Positions 37,546 to 49,890 of a stretch of DNA of 64,000 nucleotides are shown one piece after another. Numbering within the stretch: the first letter of the stretch is position 1; each line of letters starts with the position of its first letter. The position numbers and the translations under genes are program-made. Source of the stretch: Negaprion brevirostris (taxonomy: Eukaryota); the NCBI GenBank assembly GCA_030324005.1, contig JARDVH010000193.1, forward strand, positions 104,261,805 to 104,325,804. Direction: 5' to 3'. Under the pieces are notes generated by a model. It saw only the letters and a program-made list of their open reading frames with translations. It was not told the DNA's origin and made no database searches.

Positions 37546-39589
37546 TTCAATGTCATTGCTAAATCTTTTTTTGGAGTAAAGTTTATTTATTAGTCACAAG
37601 TAGGCTCATATTCACACTTCAATGAAGGTGTTGTGAAAATCCCCGAGTGAGGTTTTGATTTCACCATGTCTTCTTGGCCTTCCAAACCTTGATGAAGCTT
37701 TGCTTCTCTTTGACAGACCTGAGCTAGTCTGTGTAGTTTAACTTCAAACAATTGATTATAAACTGTTTTCAAATATTTCAGGCTAAGCATATGGTACTTA
37801 GAATCAGACTATTCTGCACCTCGCTCTCTTGGAGCCTCTTGGTTACCTGACTGCTAACATCACTCCTACATCGTTGATATTATCATAGTCTCATTAACAT
37901 ATCCACTAACCCATTACTTTATCCTATAAAGAACTTTAGAAAATATGGAACACTTGGCCAATTCCAAAAATAACCATTTCAAAACAATTAGCAACTAACC
38001 TGATGATACATTTGAGGAATATTAGGCAATGCAGTGTGGTTAGTAAAATTGTTTGCATTCTCGTATGTAGAAGGACTGGACACAGATCCAACTGCTACCC
38101 TTTTTTCGATTTCCAATAGTTTTGATGCCCTTCATTCGCACAAGCATTTATGGACATGATTCTACACTTTTTGTTCGCTTGCTCTTTCCATTTACTTCCC
38201 TCTGCCCTAACCACGGAGGAAGGCATAAATTGCTTCTAAAAATGTTCTTCCACTTCTGCACTGAGAATTGCAGTGCCTTAAAGGAATCAGTTAATGGATT
38301 GGTTTGAATTGTTGGGAAGCAGAGAGAGAAAGGGAGACTATGGACCTCAAACAGTTTCTCACAACGTCTCTCAAAGCCCTGTGGAACTCAACAATTACAA
38401 TCTTGCCTGATGACTTGCCGTGTAATGTAGATGTTAGCAATTAAGTTGAATCACTGGGATTTCATGACAAGCGACTTTTGAAATAATTTTTCTTCGTCTG
38501 TTTCAGTTATCACACGGATGCTGACTGATCATTGGATTACAATGGGGGAATATGGCCAAGTAATATTTCAGCGAAAGCTACTTTCTCCATTATGCACTGA
38601 ACTTTAGTATGGACCTAATTAGCAACATTTTCACATAACTATAAAGCAGTGATAAATTCTGTATACGTCATTGTATTAATAAACTATGGATCATATTCCA
38701 CCACAATGATTTTCTTTGATTAATTGCCATATCCAATTGAAGATTAATGCAATCTTAAATTGAGACTTATTCCCACCATGTATTAATTATTAATTAACTT
38801 GTCTACTTTTTAATTGTTGTTTAATTGTAAGATAATGTTCAATTTTTCTTAACACGTCCTAGTTACACATATTCAGCTCCTTTGATTCAGACATCTGATA
38901 CACTCTGAGGACTAATTTCAATATTGCAAATATCTTTCATTTGTCTAATAATAATAAAGGCATCTAAAATGTGAGAAACAGCTTTTTGTCTCAGCAGCCA
39001 ACATCAAAAAAAAACCATTGTATATATAAAGAAGAAAATTAATTGCAATTGTTGTGGAGAGAAATACCATCATTATATCATGTTTATTCATTTTCATTGC
39101 TGTCTCCATTTAAATAAACCCCTGATTGGCAAATAAAATGCCACAACTTGTAGCCATGTCAGCTCTTCCAGATACAGAAGTAAAGAATGTAATTTCTTTC
39201 ATTGCTATGCCATCTTGGAAAGCTCCTGGTGTCCCACATCAACACCCTTTTAATACCACTAATATTTCCCAGAGAGCACCTCCTTTATAAATGAAGGAAC
39301 TAAACATCTGGGAATCACACCACCTTCCAAGTTCAAATCCCAGCATTGACTGTCATCTCATTCCCTTGTCATGAGATTTGGAGTGAAGAACACAGAAATA
39401 GGAATAGCTCCTCGAATATGTTCTACCATTCAAGCAGATCAGGCATCATGTGTGTTTTAACTTCATCTCTGCACCTTTTTGTGATCTATAATGCACTTGT
39501 CTAAGAGAAATCTATCAATCTTAGTTCTAAAATTCTTGACATACATAGCCTCAAAGGCTTTTTGGGGCCAAGTTCCAAATTTTATTTTC

Positions 39590-41010
39590 TTCACTAAAGG
39601 GATGTAAGCATTTCTTACCAGGCCAACAGTTATTGCCCATCCCTAACCGCCCTTGAGAAGGAGGGATGACGAGCTATCTTCTTCAACCATTGCAGTCTAT
39701 GGGCTCTAGGTACATCCACACTGCTGTTCAGAAGGGAGTTTCAGGGTTTTGACCCAGCAATAGTGAAGGAATGGCAATACGTTTCCATGTCAAGATGGTG
39801 TGTGGCCTGGAGAGAAACTTCCAGGTGTGGTGTTACCATGGATCTGTTGCCCTTGTCTTTCTAGATGCTGGCAGTTGTGGGTTTAGAAAGTGCTGTCTCA
39901 GGAGGCTTGATGATTTCCTGCAATGGATCTTGTTGCTGCCATTGTGCGTCAGTGATAGAGGGACTGAATATTGACGGAAGGGGTGACAATCAAGCGAGCT
40001 GATTTGTCTTGGATGGTGTCAAGCTTCTGAGTGTTTTTGGGGCTGCACTCATCCAGGCAAGTGGAGAGTATTCCATTACACGCCTGACTTGTGCCTTGTG
40101 GATGGTGGGCGTGCTTTTGGAAGTCAGGAGGTGAGTTACTCGCCACAGGATTCCTCACCTTTGAATTACTCTTGTGGCCACAAGAGTTTATTTATAACAT
40201 AGAGTCATAGAATCCCTACAGTGCAGAAAGAGGCCATTCAGCCTATAAAGCCAGTACCAACAACAACCCCACCCAGGACCTATCCCCATAACCCCACGTA
40301 TTTGCCCAGCCAGTCACCCTGACAATAAGGCGTAGTCTTGCATGGTTAATCAACCTAACCCACACAACTTTGGAGTACGGGAGGAAACCTGAGAACCCAG
40401 AGGAAACCCATGCAGACACTGGGGGAATGTGAAAACTGGATTTCAGAACTGAACACTGATCGCTGGCACTATTGCTAGTCCAGCTCAGTTTTTCAGTTTC
40501 TGGTCAATGGTAACCCACAGGATATTGATAATGGGGATTCAGCAATGGTAATGCTCTTGAATNNNNNNNNNNNNNNNNNNNNNNNNNNNNNNNNNNNNNN
40601 NNNNNNNNNNNNNNNNNNNNNNNNNNNNNNNNNNNNNNNNNNNNNNNNNNNNNNNCAAGCCTGGTTATTGCCCAGGCCTTGTTACATTTTGACATGGACT
40701 CTTTCAGTGTCTGAGAAGTCACAGACAGCGAACATCTCTTTTTCTGACTTCATAGTGGAGGGTAAATTGATTAAGCAGCTGCAGGTAGTTGACCTTGGAC
40801 ATTTACTCTAGGGCTTTCCTGTATTGATGTCCTGGAACAGGAATGATTGCTCTCTAACCACACTACCATCTTTCTTTGTGCCAGGTATGACTCCAACCAG
40901 CAGAGGGTTTCCTCCCTGATCCCCATTGACTCCAGTTTTGCTTGGGCTCCTTGATGGCACATTCTGTTAAATGCTGTCTTGATGTTGAGGGCACTCACTC
41001 TCTATCTCAC
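39590..41010 (-). mobile_element. Old CR1-group LINE fragment (RT to 3' tail), interrupted by a SINE and an N gap
   Basis: ALNIKTAFNRMCHQG...KLESMGI...WLESYLAQRKMVV (RT); KLDTIQDKSARLI; tail tagggatgggcaataa on the reverse strand. Confidence 0.85.
40196..40470 (-). mobile_element. V-SINE, tail type A
   Basis: catagaatccctacagtgcagaaagaggccattcagcc...gggaggaaacctgagaacccagaggaaaccca. Confidence 0.82.
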
Positions 41011-42501
41011 TTCTTTATCTTTTCATTACTATTTGTGTGGAAGGAGCAGCTTTTGATGTCACCTCTGCATGGCCTAGTTCTAATTTCAATTTATTCCACG
41101 TTGGGAAAGAAGTAGGGGTAGGAGAGGAGCAGCTTAGGACATTAAGGCCAAGGGCTGTCTGAAATGTAAATCAAATGCAATTGTATTTTTGTACTCTTGT
41201 GAAATCATGGCAGCTGTGGTCCTGAAGCAATCTTAGAATTAGGCCACATCCAGATAGCCATTAGTCTCTTGACAACCTGTGCTGATTTATCTAGACTACT
41301 ACAGATTTCATCAACATCAGGGCCTACCTGAACCATGCCATTAAAAGACAGGCTGATTGTCAGGGTTATGGGCTTTGCAAATATGAAAACACTGGTCACG
41401 GCAAATAGGTATGTTTTAGCTGTAGACATGTTCAAGCACCAAACTGATCATAAAGACTCTCATTTTACATGAATACCAAAAGGCACAAACCAAAATTTAG
41501 GAATTGCTGGAAAAAAAACCCATAGCCTTTCTAGCCTGCCTTCTCCATTCTGATTGTTGTGCGATAATGATGCGGTTATTGGCGAATGATCAATCTCCTT
41601 CAATTAGTCCACAACAGACCTTGAGACGATGCAAGGAAATCTTCCCAATTGATGTGAGAGGAATGAAACCAGACTTATTTCTTTCCCGGTGCAACTATTT
41701 TGAGTGTTTAAGCAGTAGTACCCTGGACTGTACCAATAGTCTAATAAAATTACATTAGTAAGAACAAACATACGGCAGGCAAAGATGAGTATTCAAAGTG
41801 ATCTGAATTTTGTTTCTGTGTTGCTTTGCGCAGAGGTAAAGTTTCATTATGACTTCCTGAATCACTAATGTTTTTGAGTTGTGACAGTCCCTGGGTTTTG
41901 TAGTTAATCCCACTGGAAGGAGTGTTAAAATGTTCAATCATGTCTAGAGTAGGGTGAGAGGTAGGTCATAAAATATCACTGGGAGTTTTTAAACTCTGCT
42001 GTCCCCTCACAATAAACTTCATTAAAAATTATTTCCCTTTTTGTGATCTTCACACTTGTTAGAGAAACAAAATAAACAATGGAACACAGTGCAATACTCA
42101 AAATCATTTCACTCATTAGAAAACTGTTTAATTTATTTGCCAGTGTCCTTCCCCATGGAATAAACTGGGCATTCAGCAGCTCCCAATTGTGTACTTTGTA
42201 TTTATTGAATTCACAATAAAAGGAACGTTGAAGCCAAATATAGGTTTACAATATCCCTGAGGCATTATATTCTTATCTAAATCCATGATTTATTCCAGCG
42301 GAAAGGTTAAGTACATACATAACTGTGGCAAAGGCTTTCACAATCCACATAGTTCATTTTAACACAATATTCCTAAAAGCTCAGAGGCTGGATTCTATTT
42401 TTAACTGTTTCTTTTTGAGAGTATTTCTATTGAAAATCCACAAAATTACTGTTGACCAAGGTGCTAATACAAGAGGTGGATTCCTCTCATTTTGAGATTA
42501 A

Positions 42502-42627
42502 GGCCGGAATTCTCTGGCTTTTCATATCCTGCCACCATTGCCAGCAAGAATGGAGAATTTGGCACTCAGTCAAACTGCAACGGGACTGGAAAATCCCAGC
42601 TGCGGCCGAGGTTGGAGATTCCGGTTC
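42502..42627. mobile_element. Short Harbinger-type MITE nested in the left end of a larger MITE
   Basis: TIRs ggccggaattctc ... ggagattccggttc; taa on both flanks (canonical PIF/Harbinger TSD); similar to 57287-57422. Confidence 0.72.
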
Positions 42628-42979
42628 TAAGTGTGGCAGTACGTGTCTCTAGCGGCACCTTTCCCATTGGTTGTAATGGCAGGAACCTGCCCCAGATTCA
42701 ACGCTTTAAGCCTTATTAATGAAGCACGAGTGAGTTTCCCTCCAAGCTACTTGGTTGACCAGCAGCTGATTTGTCTGCCCGATGTCAGCTGACAGGTTTG
42801 ACGGTCCCTGCACCATATTTAAACACTAGTCCAGCACACTCATTTCACCCTCTCCAGCCCAACACTCTTTGCCAGCCCATGCAGGATGTCAGCAACCTAG
42901 AGGAAAAAGGTTAGCTGCCTCAGGAAGTCTGTTCCTCAATTCAACCAGAAGCATGCTGTAATGATTATCATCCTGTGGC

Positions 42980-44296
42980 TCTGACCTCCAACATTATGAA
43001 ATGCTTCGAAAGGTTAGTCATGCCATAAATCAATTCTGGCCTCTCAGATTGCCTAGATGTACTACAGTTCACCTACCAACGCAACAGGTCCACAACAATT
43101 GCCATCTCCCGGACCCCATATTCAACCCTGGTGCACCTAGGTAACAAAGCACCAATGTCAGTCTCCTATTTATTAACTACAGCTCAACCTTCAACACTAT
43201 ATTCCTATGAAACTCTATAGTGAGCCTGTGGCTCAGCTCCTCCCTCTGTAATTGGATCCGAGACTTCCTAACCCATAGGCTGCAATCAGTAAGAATAGGC
43301 AACAACTTCTCCTTGATCATCTCCCTAACTAGGAGACTTCCTAACCCGCAGGCCACAATCAATAAGAATAGGCAACAACTTCGTTTTGATCATCCTCAGC
43401 ACCGCAGCCCGATAAGGCAGTGTTGTCAACCCCCTGATATACTCCTTATACACTTATGACTGTGTGACCAAACTCCCCTCCAATTCAATTTTCAAGTTTA
43501 CTGATGACAGCACCATAGTGGGTCAGATCTCAAACAATGACAAGACAGAGCACAGGAAAGCGATAGAGAGGCTGGTGAACAGATGTAACACCAATAATCT
43601 CTCCCTCAATGTCAACAAAATGAAGGAGATAGTCATTGATTTCAGGAAGTGTAATGGAGGACATGCCCCTGTCTACATCATTGGGGACGAAGTAGAAATG
43701 GTCGCGAGATTCAAGTTTTTAGGTGTCCAGATCACCAACAACCTGTTCTGGCCTCTCCATGCTGACACTATAGTTGAGAAAGTCTATCAAAACCTCGACT
43801 TCACAGCAGACTAAGGAAACTTGGCATGTCTGCTATGACTCTCACCAACTTTTACGGATGCGCCATAGAAAGCGTTCTTTCTGGTTGTACCACAGCTTGG
43901 TATGGCTCCTGCTCTGCCCAAGACCATAAGAAACTATAAAGGTTTGTGAACAAAGGCCAGTCACACAAACCAGCCTCCCACCCATTGACACTGTCTAGAC
44001 TTCCAGCAGCCAGCATAATTAAGGACCTCATGCATCCCGGACATTCTCTCCTCCACCTTCTTCCATCGGGAAAACAATAGAAAATCTAAGGACAGTTTCT
44101 TCTCTGCTGCTTAGACTTTCGAATGGACCTACCTGCATTAAGTTGATTTTTCTCTACACCCTAGCTATGACTATAACATTGCACTCTGCACCGTCTCTTT
44201 TTCTTGTCTGTGAATGATATGCTTTGTCTGTATAGTGCGCAAGAAACAGTACTATCAACTGTGTCCCAGTACATGTGACAATAATAAATCAAATCA
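42980..44296 (+). mobile_element. Rex1/Babar-type LINE (RT and 3' end)
   Basis: LCNWIRDFLTHR; KFTDDSTIVGQISNND...NNLSLNVNKMKEIVIDFRK...FKFLGVQI; tail aataaatcaaatc. Confidence 0.88.
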
Positions 44297-44582
44297 CGTC
44301 ACTCTAGTCACCGCAGTCATATGGGTCGTGACCGCTGGTTTATCCGCTTGCAGGGTCTAATCTTGGTGACCATCCACAGTATCAAGGAATTTTTGAATAG
44401 TTTGGGTCTTTAAAAGTAAACCTTTAGTTTAGAAAAAAAGAGGATGTTGTGCCATATGTTCATGTACCTTTAAAGATCTGTCCTAAACTGCTGTCACTCA
44501 CTATCACCTTGACAGAATGTGAAGTATTACGATTAGCATTCAGTCTCCAGCAGATGGTCAGATGTTAGGCTATACTTAGTCT

Positions 44583-44735
44583 TAATAAAAATAAAATACT
44601 GCAGATGCTGGAGACCTGAAGTAAAAACAGAAGGTGCTGGAAGAACTCAGCAGCTTCGTGGAGAGAGAAACTGAGTTAACATTGAATCCAATACAGAACA
44701 GTTCTGAAGAAGAATCATACTGGACTTGAAACCTT
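44583..44735 (+). mobile_element. Penelope-like inverted terminal element, second family, with degenerate hammerhead core
   Basis: aaatactgcagatgctggag...gaactcagcag...gagagagaaactgagttaac then ctgaagaagaatcatactggacttgaaac (CUGANGA...GAAA pattern). Confidence 0.55.
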
Positions 44736-44736
44736 A

Positions 44737-45957
44737 GTGGTGATTCTCCCAATGTAACCCACAACTTTTCTGGCGGGTCAGGCTGGGAGATGTGTGTCGC
44801 TGGCTTTTTCCCGGGATTTGCGCACGCGCCGGGAATGCATGTGCATCTCCCAGAGCTGGACAACAGCTGGAGTCCAGACTATGCTGGAAACCGGTAGGAA
44901 GAGAGGTAAGTCATTTGAATCTTTTTTTAATGTAGCTTAAAAATGTTTAGCATGGGATTATTGGGAACTTGCCGGGCCCGATTGAATTTCCCACCCTGCC
45001 AGGAGTACTTCATTCCGGTGGGGTTTAGAATAGCTCCCCACGTTCGGGGAACTAGCAGAAGACCTCGCCGGAATGAAGGGAGGGCAATTGGGGCCCTCAG
45101 GGAGTGGGGCAGCAGGGAGGTCGCACTCCTTGGCATGGGCACCCTGGCAGTGCCAGCCTGTGCCCCTAGGCACTGCCCAAGGGGCAANNNNNNNNNNNNN
45201 NNNNNNNNNNNNNNNNNNNNNNNNNNNNNNNNNNNNNNNNNNNNNNNNNNNNNNNNNNNNNNNNNNNNNNNNNNNNNNNNNNNNNNNTATATTGCCCTCC
45301 CCCACATCTCCCTTGTCTTCACTAGGCCACCAACCCCTGGATTCACTTCACACTCCTCCCCTGTTCAAATTTTGGACTGTTGTTACAGTGGTTGCATGAA
45401 GCCAACAGGACAGTCATGTCCAGTTAGATACAAATGTGTGGTACCAATGAGAATGAGACCCCTGTGCTTCCCAACCTCAGGCACAGTACTGATCTGAGAT
45501 GGTAATGCAAGAGGCCCCATGAGTCAGCAGTATGGTGCTGCCCATGAAGATCAGCTCAGCCTGGAGATGGAGGACCAGGAACTGGTCTGCTTTGGCAGAG
45601 TGGTGACCGCCATATCAGGAGCAGTGCAGAATTCAAAGTCTTCTGTGAACTGAGAACTGCCTTGTGTGGATGCCACTATTTAGTAATAAGTTATTGGACA
45701 GATGTAATTTTGGAAGATTGGAAGGCTTTGTTGGGATGCTGGCGGGCATTGTCTTATTGAGCATGGGCTGCAAATGAATGCAAATGGAATTCATTCCACC
45801 AGCCAGTCAAGAAGACTGCTCTACCATTAACCTGCCATTGTGAGAATTGCAACATGATTTTATACTGGTGGGCCTCTGTTTTTTTTTTGGCTCCTGTCAA
45901 ATTATCACTGTCACCCATCATCAAACCCACATGGGCAGGATGGGAGAATTCTGCCCA
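44737..45957. mobile_element. Harbinger-type MITE(s), composite
   Basis: Left gtggtgattctccc is the reverse orientation of the 23181/26496 right arm; right end gggagaattctgccc. Confidence 0.6.
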
Positions 45958-46149
45958 AGATCTTTCACTTTGAATATTGTGCCTAATCCATATGCATCAA
46001 ATCTATTCATCTAATCACGCTGAGGTGAAATAATGTTATTTAGTTCACTAAAACCAGTTTGAAATAAGGCCACATTATTATTCCTAAATGAGCTAAATAT
46101 ATTTTTTATGTTCTATAACGTCATTTGCAATCTAAGGATAGTAAATGAC

Positions 46150-46512
46150 AGATGTTTCTTTGTAGCCAATAAGGTACTTTTGAAATGCAGTTATGGTCAT
46201 AATATTGGAAAGGTGGCAGCCAATTTTGGCACAGTAAGCTCCCACAATGTGACAATGACCAGACAACTGGTTTTTTTGTGACGTTGAGGGATAAATATCA
46301 GCCAGGCCATGAGGCTTGACTCGTCTGCTCTTCTTCAAACTAGTGCCATGGGATTTGTTATATCCACTTGAGAGGGATGAGAGAGCTAAGGCTTAACATC
46401 TCAAATGAAAGTGACAATCTCTGACAAAACAGCCCTCCCTCAGTAAGACACTGTAGTACCAGCCTTAATTTTCTGCTCAAATCTCTGGAGTGTGATTGAA
46501 ACGAACAACCCT
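46150..46512 (-). mobile_element. Deu-domain SINE (SacSINE1-like)
   Basis: gttgagggataaatat...ctgctcttcttcaaactagtgccatgggat...ttaacatctcaaatgaaagtgac is the reverse of the Deu domain plus tail. Confidence 0.75.
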
Positions 46513-47748
46513 GTGACGTAGTTGACGGTAGAAAATTGAGTCGACGAAAATAACTTACATTTCAGAGATAGGGATTGGCAAATGAAGTTTGGAAATATGG
46601 ATGCATTTTTGGGCCCAAAACTACTTTCTTGCTCTAAAGTTGTGAAACCAGTGAAGAAATTTGTGCCACAAAGAAAGAAATAGGGCTAATTATTGCAAAC
46701 TTATGATGCAAAGTAATCAATCAGATGCATNNNNNNNNNNCCAATGTAGCCCAAGCTTGTTTCATTTTTCATTTTATTTTTGGCTTCTTAGCAAAATGAC
46801 AGTTATCCAAGATTTCAAATACGCTTCCAAAAATATATATATTCATTAATAAAAGAAAGCAATCGCAACGTACATGCAAAAGCAATCCTTTAATCTCCAC
46901 TTCAGCACACAACCACATAATGTTGGTTGATTATATATTACTGAAGGGGTGCTACATTATCAAAGGTTTTGTTTTTCAGATGGGATGCCTGCTCATGTGA
47001 GAATATAATCAAAATGACACTTTTAAAGAAGAACAGGATGCGCGAGGGTTTTATTTTACATGCACATCAGTACATAGATTCTGGATGAGTACAAATCTAA
47101 CTGGAGGACTGTGCCATCTGCAAGAAACATAGGAACAGTGGTAGGCCACTCATCCACTCAAGCTGGTTCCTTCATTCAATCAAACCATAGGATCTATGTT
47201 CATGCGATCATTGATCCTAATTCCATTAATCATTCTTCGTTCCACATCTTTTAATAAACATACCAAACAGCCAAGTTCTAATCATAAGGTGTTGTCCCTT
47301 TATTTCAGAAAGGACACCTGCAGCTGAGCTGTGCAGGAATGACAATGCCACTCAAGACCATTGCTACTGTCAATTTTATGGCTTTTGTCTCCACATCTTT
47401 CCAAGTAAGGTAGGAATCACCTCTAGTATCAACCAACACACTGCTATATATGTGTTGATCAGAGATCCAGATTGATCAATGGGACAAGTAATTGCATTTC
47501 TTTTCTCAATGGAAAGCAACAGGATCACAACATGGTGACCCAACTTCACCATGCTGCATTCTCTAAAGTGCGGAGGTTAATAACAGATATCAGGCTCCTG
47601 CTTCTCCTCTGCTGCCACCAATGGCTCTTCATCTTCTGTGCACTGTGAGTGATGCAGTGCAGTTCTGAAGGAGAGATGATCTGTTAGAGATGGCAACTTT
47701 TAGTTGAGACATTCAATCAAAGCTCCTATGCCACAATATTGAAGTCAT

Positions 47749-47891
47749 GATGTGGAGGTGCCGGCGTTGGACTGGGGTAAACACAGTAAGAAGTCTGACA
47801 ACACCAGGTTTAAATCCAACTGATTTATTTGATAGTAAACTCACAAGCTTTCGAGGTTCCCCTCTTCGTCAGGTGAATGGAGAGTTCTGGC
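47749..47891 (-). mobile_element. Penelope-like terminal fragment
   Basis: atgtggaggtgccggcgttggactggggtaaacacagtaagaagtct...; reverse complement of the copies at 55800 and 57880. Confidence 0.75.
47841..47876 (-). ncRNA. Minimal type-I hammerhead ribozyme motif (Penelope-associated)
   Basis: Minus strand UCAC-CUGACGA-A-GAGG(GGAA)CCUC-GAAA-GCUU-GUGA: intact catalytic core, 4-bp stem II, 4-bp stem I, palindromic AAGCUU in place of stem III. Confidence 0.7.
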
Positions 47892-48301
47892 NNNNNNNNN
47901 NNNNNNNNNNNNNNNNNNNNNNNNNNNNNNNNNNNNNNNNNNNNNNNNNNNNNNNNNNNNNNNNNNNNNNNNNNNNNNNNNNNNNNNNNNNNNNNNNNNN
48001 NNNNNNNNNNNNNNNNNNNNNNNNNNNNNNNNNNNNNNNNNNNNNNNNNNNNNNNNNNNNNNNNNNNNNNNNNNNNNNNNNNNNNNNNNNNNNNNNNNNN
48101 NNNNNNNNNNNNNNNNNNNNNNNNNNNNNNNNNNNNNNNNNNNNNNNNNNNNNNNNNNNNNNNNNNNNNNNNNNNNNNNNNNNNNNNNNNNNNNNNNNNN
48201 NNNNNNNNNNNNNNNNNNNNNNNNNNNNNNNNNNNNNNNNNNNNNNNNNNNNNNNNNNNNNNNNNNNNNNNNNNNNNNNNNNNNNNNNNNNNNNNNNNNN
48301 N

Positions 48302-49290
48302 GGTTCTATAAAGCTGCAACATGACTTAGCAATTTTAAAACTCAGTGCCCCGGCTGATGAAGGCAAGCATGCCGTATGCCTTCATGACTAACTTCTCCAC
48401 CTGTACATCCAGATCGCTCCCCCTATCAATATTCTTAAGGGTTCTGCCATTTACTATGTATGTCCCATCTGTATTCGACCTTCCAAAATGCATTACCTCA
48501 CATTTGACCGGATTAAAGATGTGCGGGTTAGGTTGATTGGCCGTGCTAAGAAATTGCCCCTTAGTATCCAGGGATGGAGAGGTTAGAGGGATTTTTGGGT
48601 ATAATATGTAGGGGTATGGGGGCAGGGCCTGGGTGGGGTTGTGTTTGGTGGGCCAAAGGGTTCTATGGTTCTAAGGTAAACTCCATCTGCCATTTCTCTG
48701 CCCAAGTATCCAAGCAATCTATATCCTGCTGTATCTTCTGACAGTCCTCATCACTATTTGCAATTCCACCAACCTTTGTGTCATCTGCAAACTTACTAAT
48801 CAAACCAGTTATATTTCCCTCCAAATCATTTATATATATTACAAACAGCAAAGGTCCCAGCACTGATCCCTGAGGAATGGCGCTTGTCATAGCCCTCCAT
48901 TCAGAAATGTACCCTTCCACTGCTATCCTTTGTCTTCTATGACCGAGCCAGTTCTGAATTCATCTTGCCATCTCTCCTCTGATCCCGTGTGACTTCACCT
49001 CTGTATCAATCTACCAAGGGGGACCTTGTCAAAGGCCTTACTGAAGTCCGTGTTGACAACATCCACTGTCTACCCTCATCAATGATTTTTGTCACTTCCT
49101 CGAAAAACTTGATCAAGTTAGTGAGACACGATCTCCCCTTTTCACAAAACCATGTTGCCTCTCGCCTTTACTTCAAGTGGGAGTAAATCCTGTCTCGAAG
49201 AATCCTCTCCCATAATTTCTCTACCACTGACGTAAGGCTCACTGGCCTATAATTACCTGGATTATTCTTGCTATCCCTCTTAAACAACAG
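48302..49290 (-). mobile_element. CR1 LINE RT fragment with nested V-SINE tail (48515-48668, + strand)
   Basis: IPQGSVLGPLLFVIYINDLEG...ISKFADDTKVGG...WAEKWQMEF. Confidence 0.93.
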
Positions 49291-49319
49291 TAATTCTAGC
49301 CATTATTTGTGCCTCAACA

Positions 49320-49505
49320 CTTAAAAAAGAACAGAATATCTGATCATCATGATACTGTTGTTTCTGGGAGCTTGCTGTCAGTGAATTGGCAATCCTGTTT
49401 CCTGTATTACAAAAGTGACTATAACTCAAAAGTACTTAATTGGCTGTGAAGTGCTTCGGGCATCCTGACATTCTGTAAGGTGACATATAAGTGCAGGATT
49501 TTCTT
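49320..49505 (+). mobile_element. Deu-SINE 3' tail fragment
   Basis: tgggagcttgctgt...aattggc...acaaaagtgact...aaaagtacttaattggctgtgaagtgcttcgggcatcctga; the same tail is at 14790-14980 and reversed at 46150. Confidence 0.6.
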
Positions 49506-49657
49506 TGTCTAAATTCTAGACAGCATCTATTGGGATCTATTAGTGCTTACAAGCACTGATGACAGGAATGCAAGATGCTGTGGGCCACTTTCTTTTTCTA
49601 GGTCACTGGCGTTGCCAACAGGCCATTCATCCAGACAACTGAAAAAGGACAACTGTT

Positions 49658-49890
49658 AAAATAAAAGCAAAATGATCTGGATGCTGGAAATCTGAAACAA
49701 AAACAGAAAATATTGGATAAACGAAGCAGGCCTGGCAACATCTACCTGTGCAGAGAGAAACAGTTAATGTTTCAACTCCATATGATCCTGCACTGAACTG
49801 TTCTGTAAAAGAACAATACCGACTCAAAACATTAACTCTGTTTCTCGCTCCACTGATGCTTCCAGGCCTGCTGAGTTTATCCAGCATTTT
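49658..49890. mobile_element. Fold-back Penelope-like element (family of 44583)
   Basis: Arms aaaatattggataaacgaagcaggcctgg...gagaaacagttaatgttt and aaacattaactctgtttctc...ccaggcctgctgagtttatccagcatttt are reverse complements. Confidence 0.68.
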
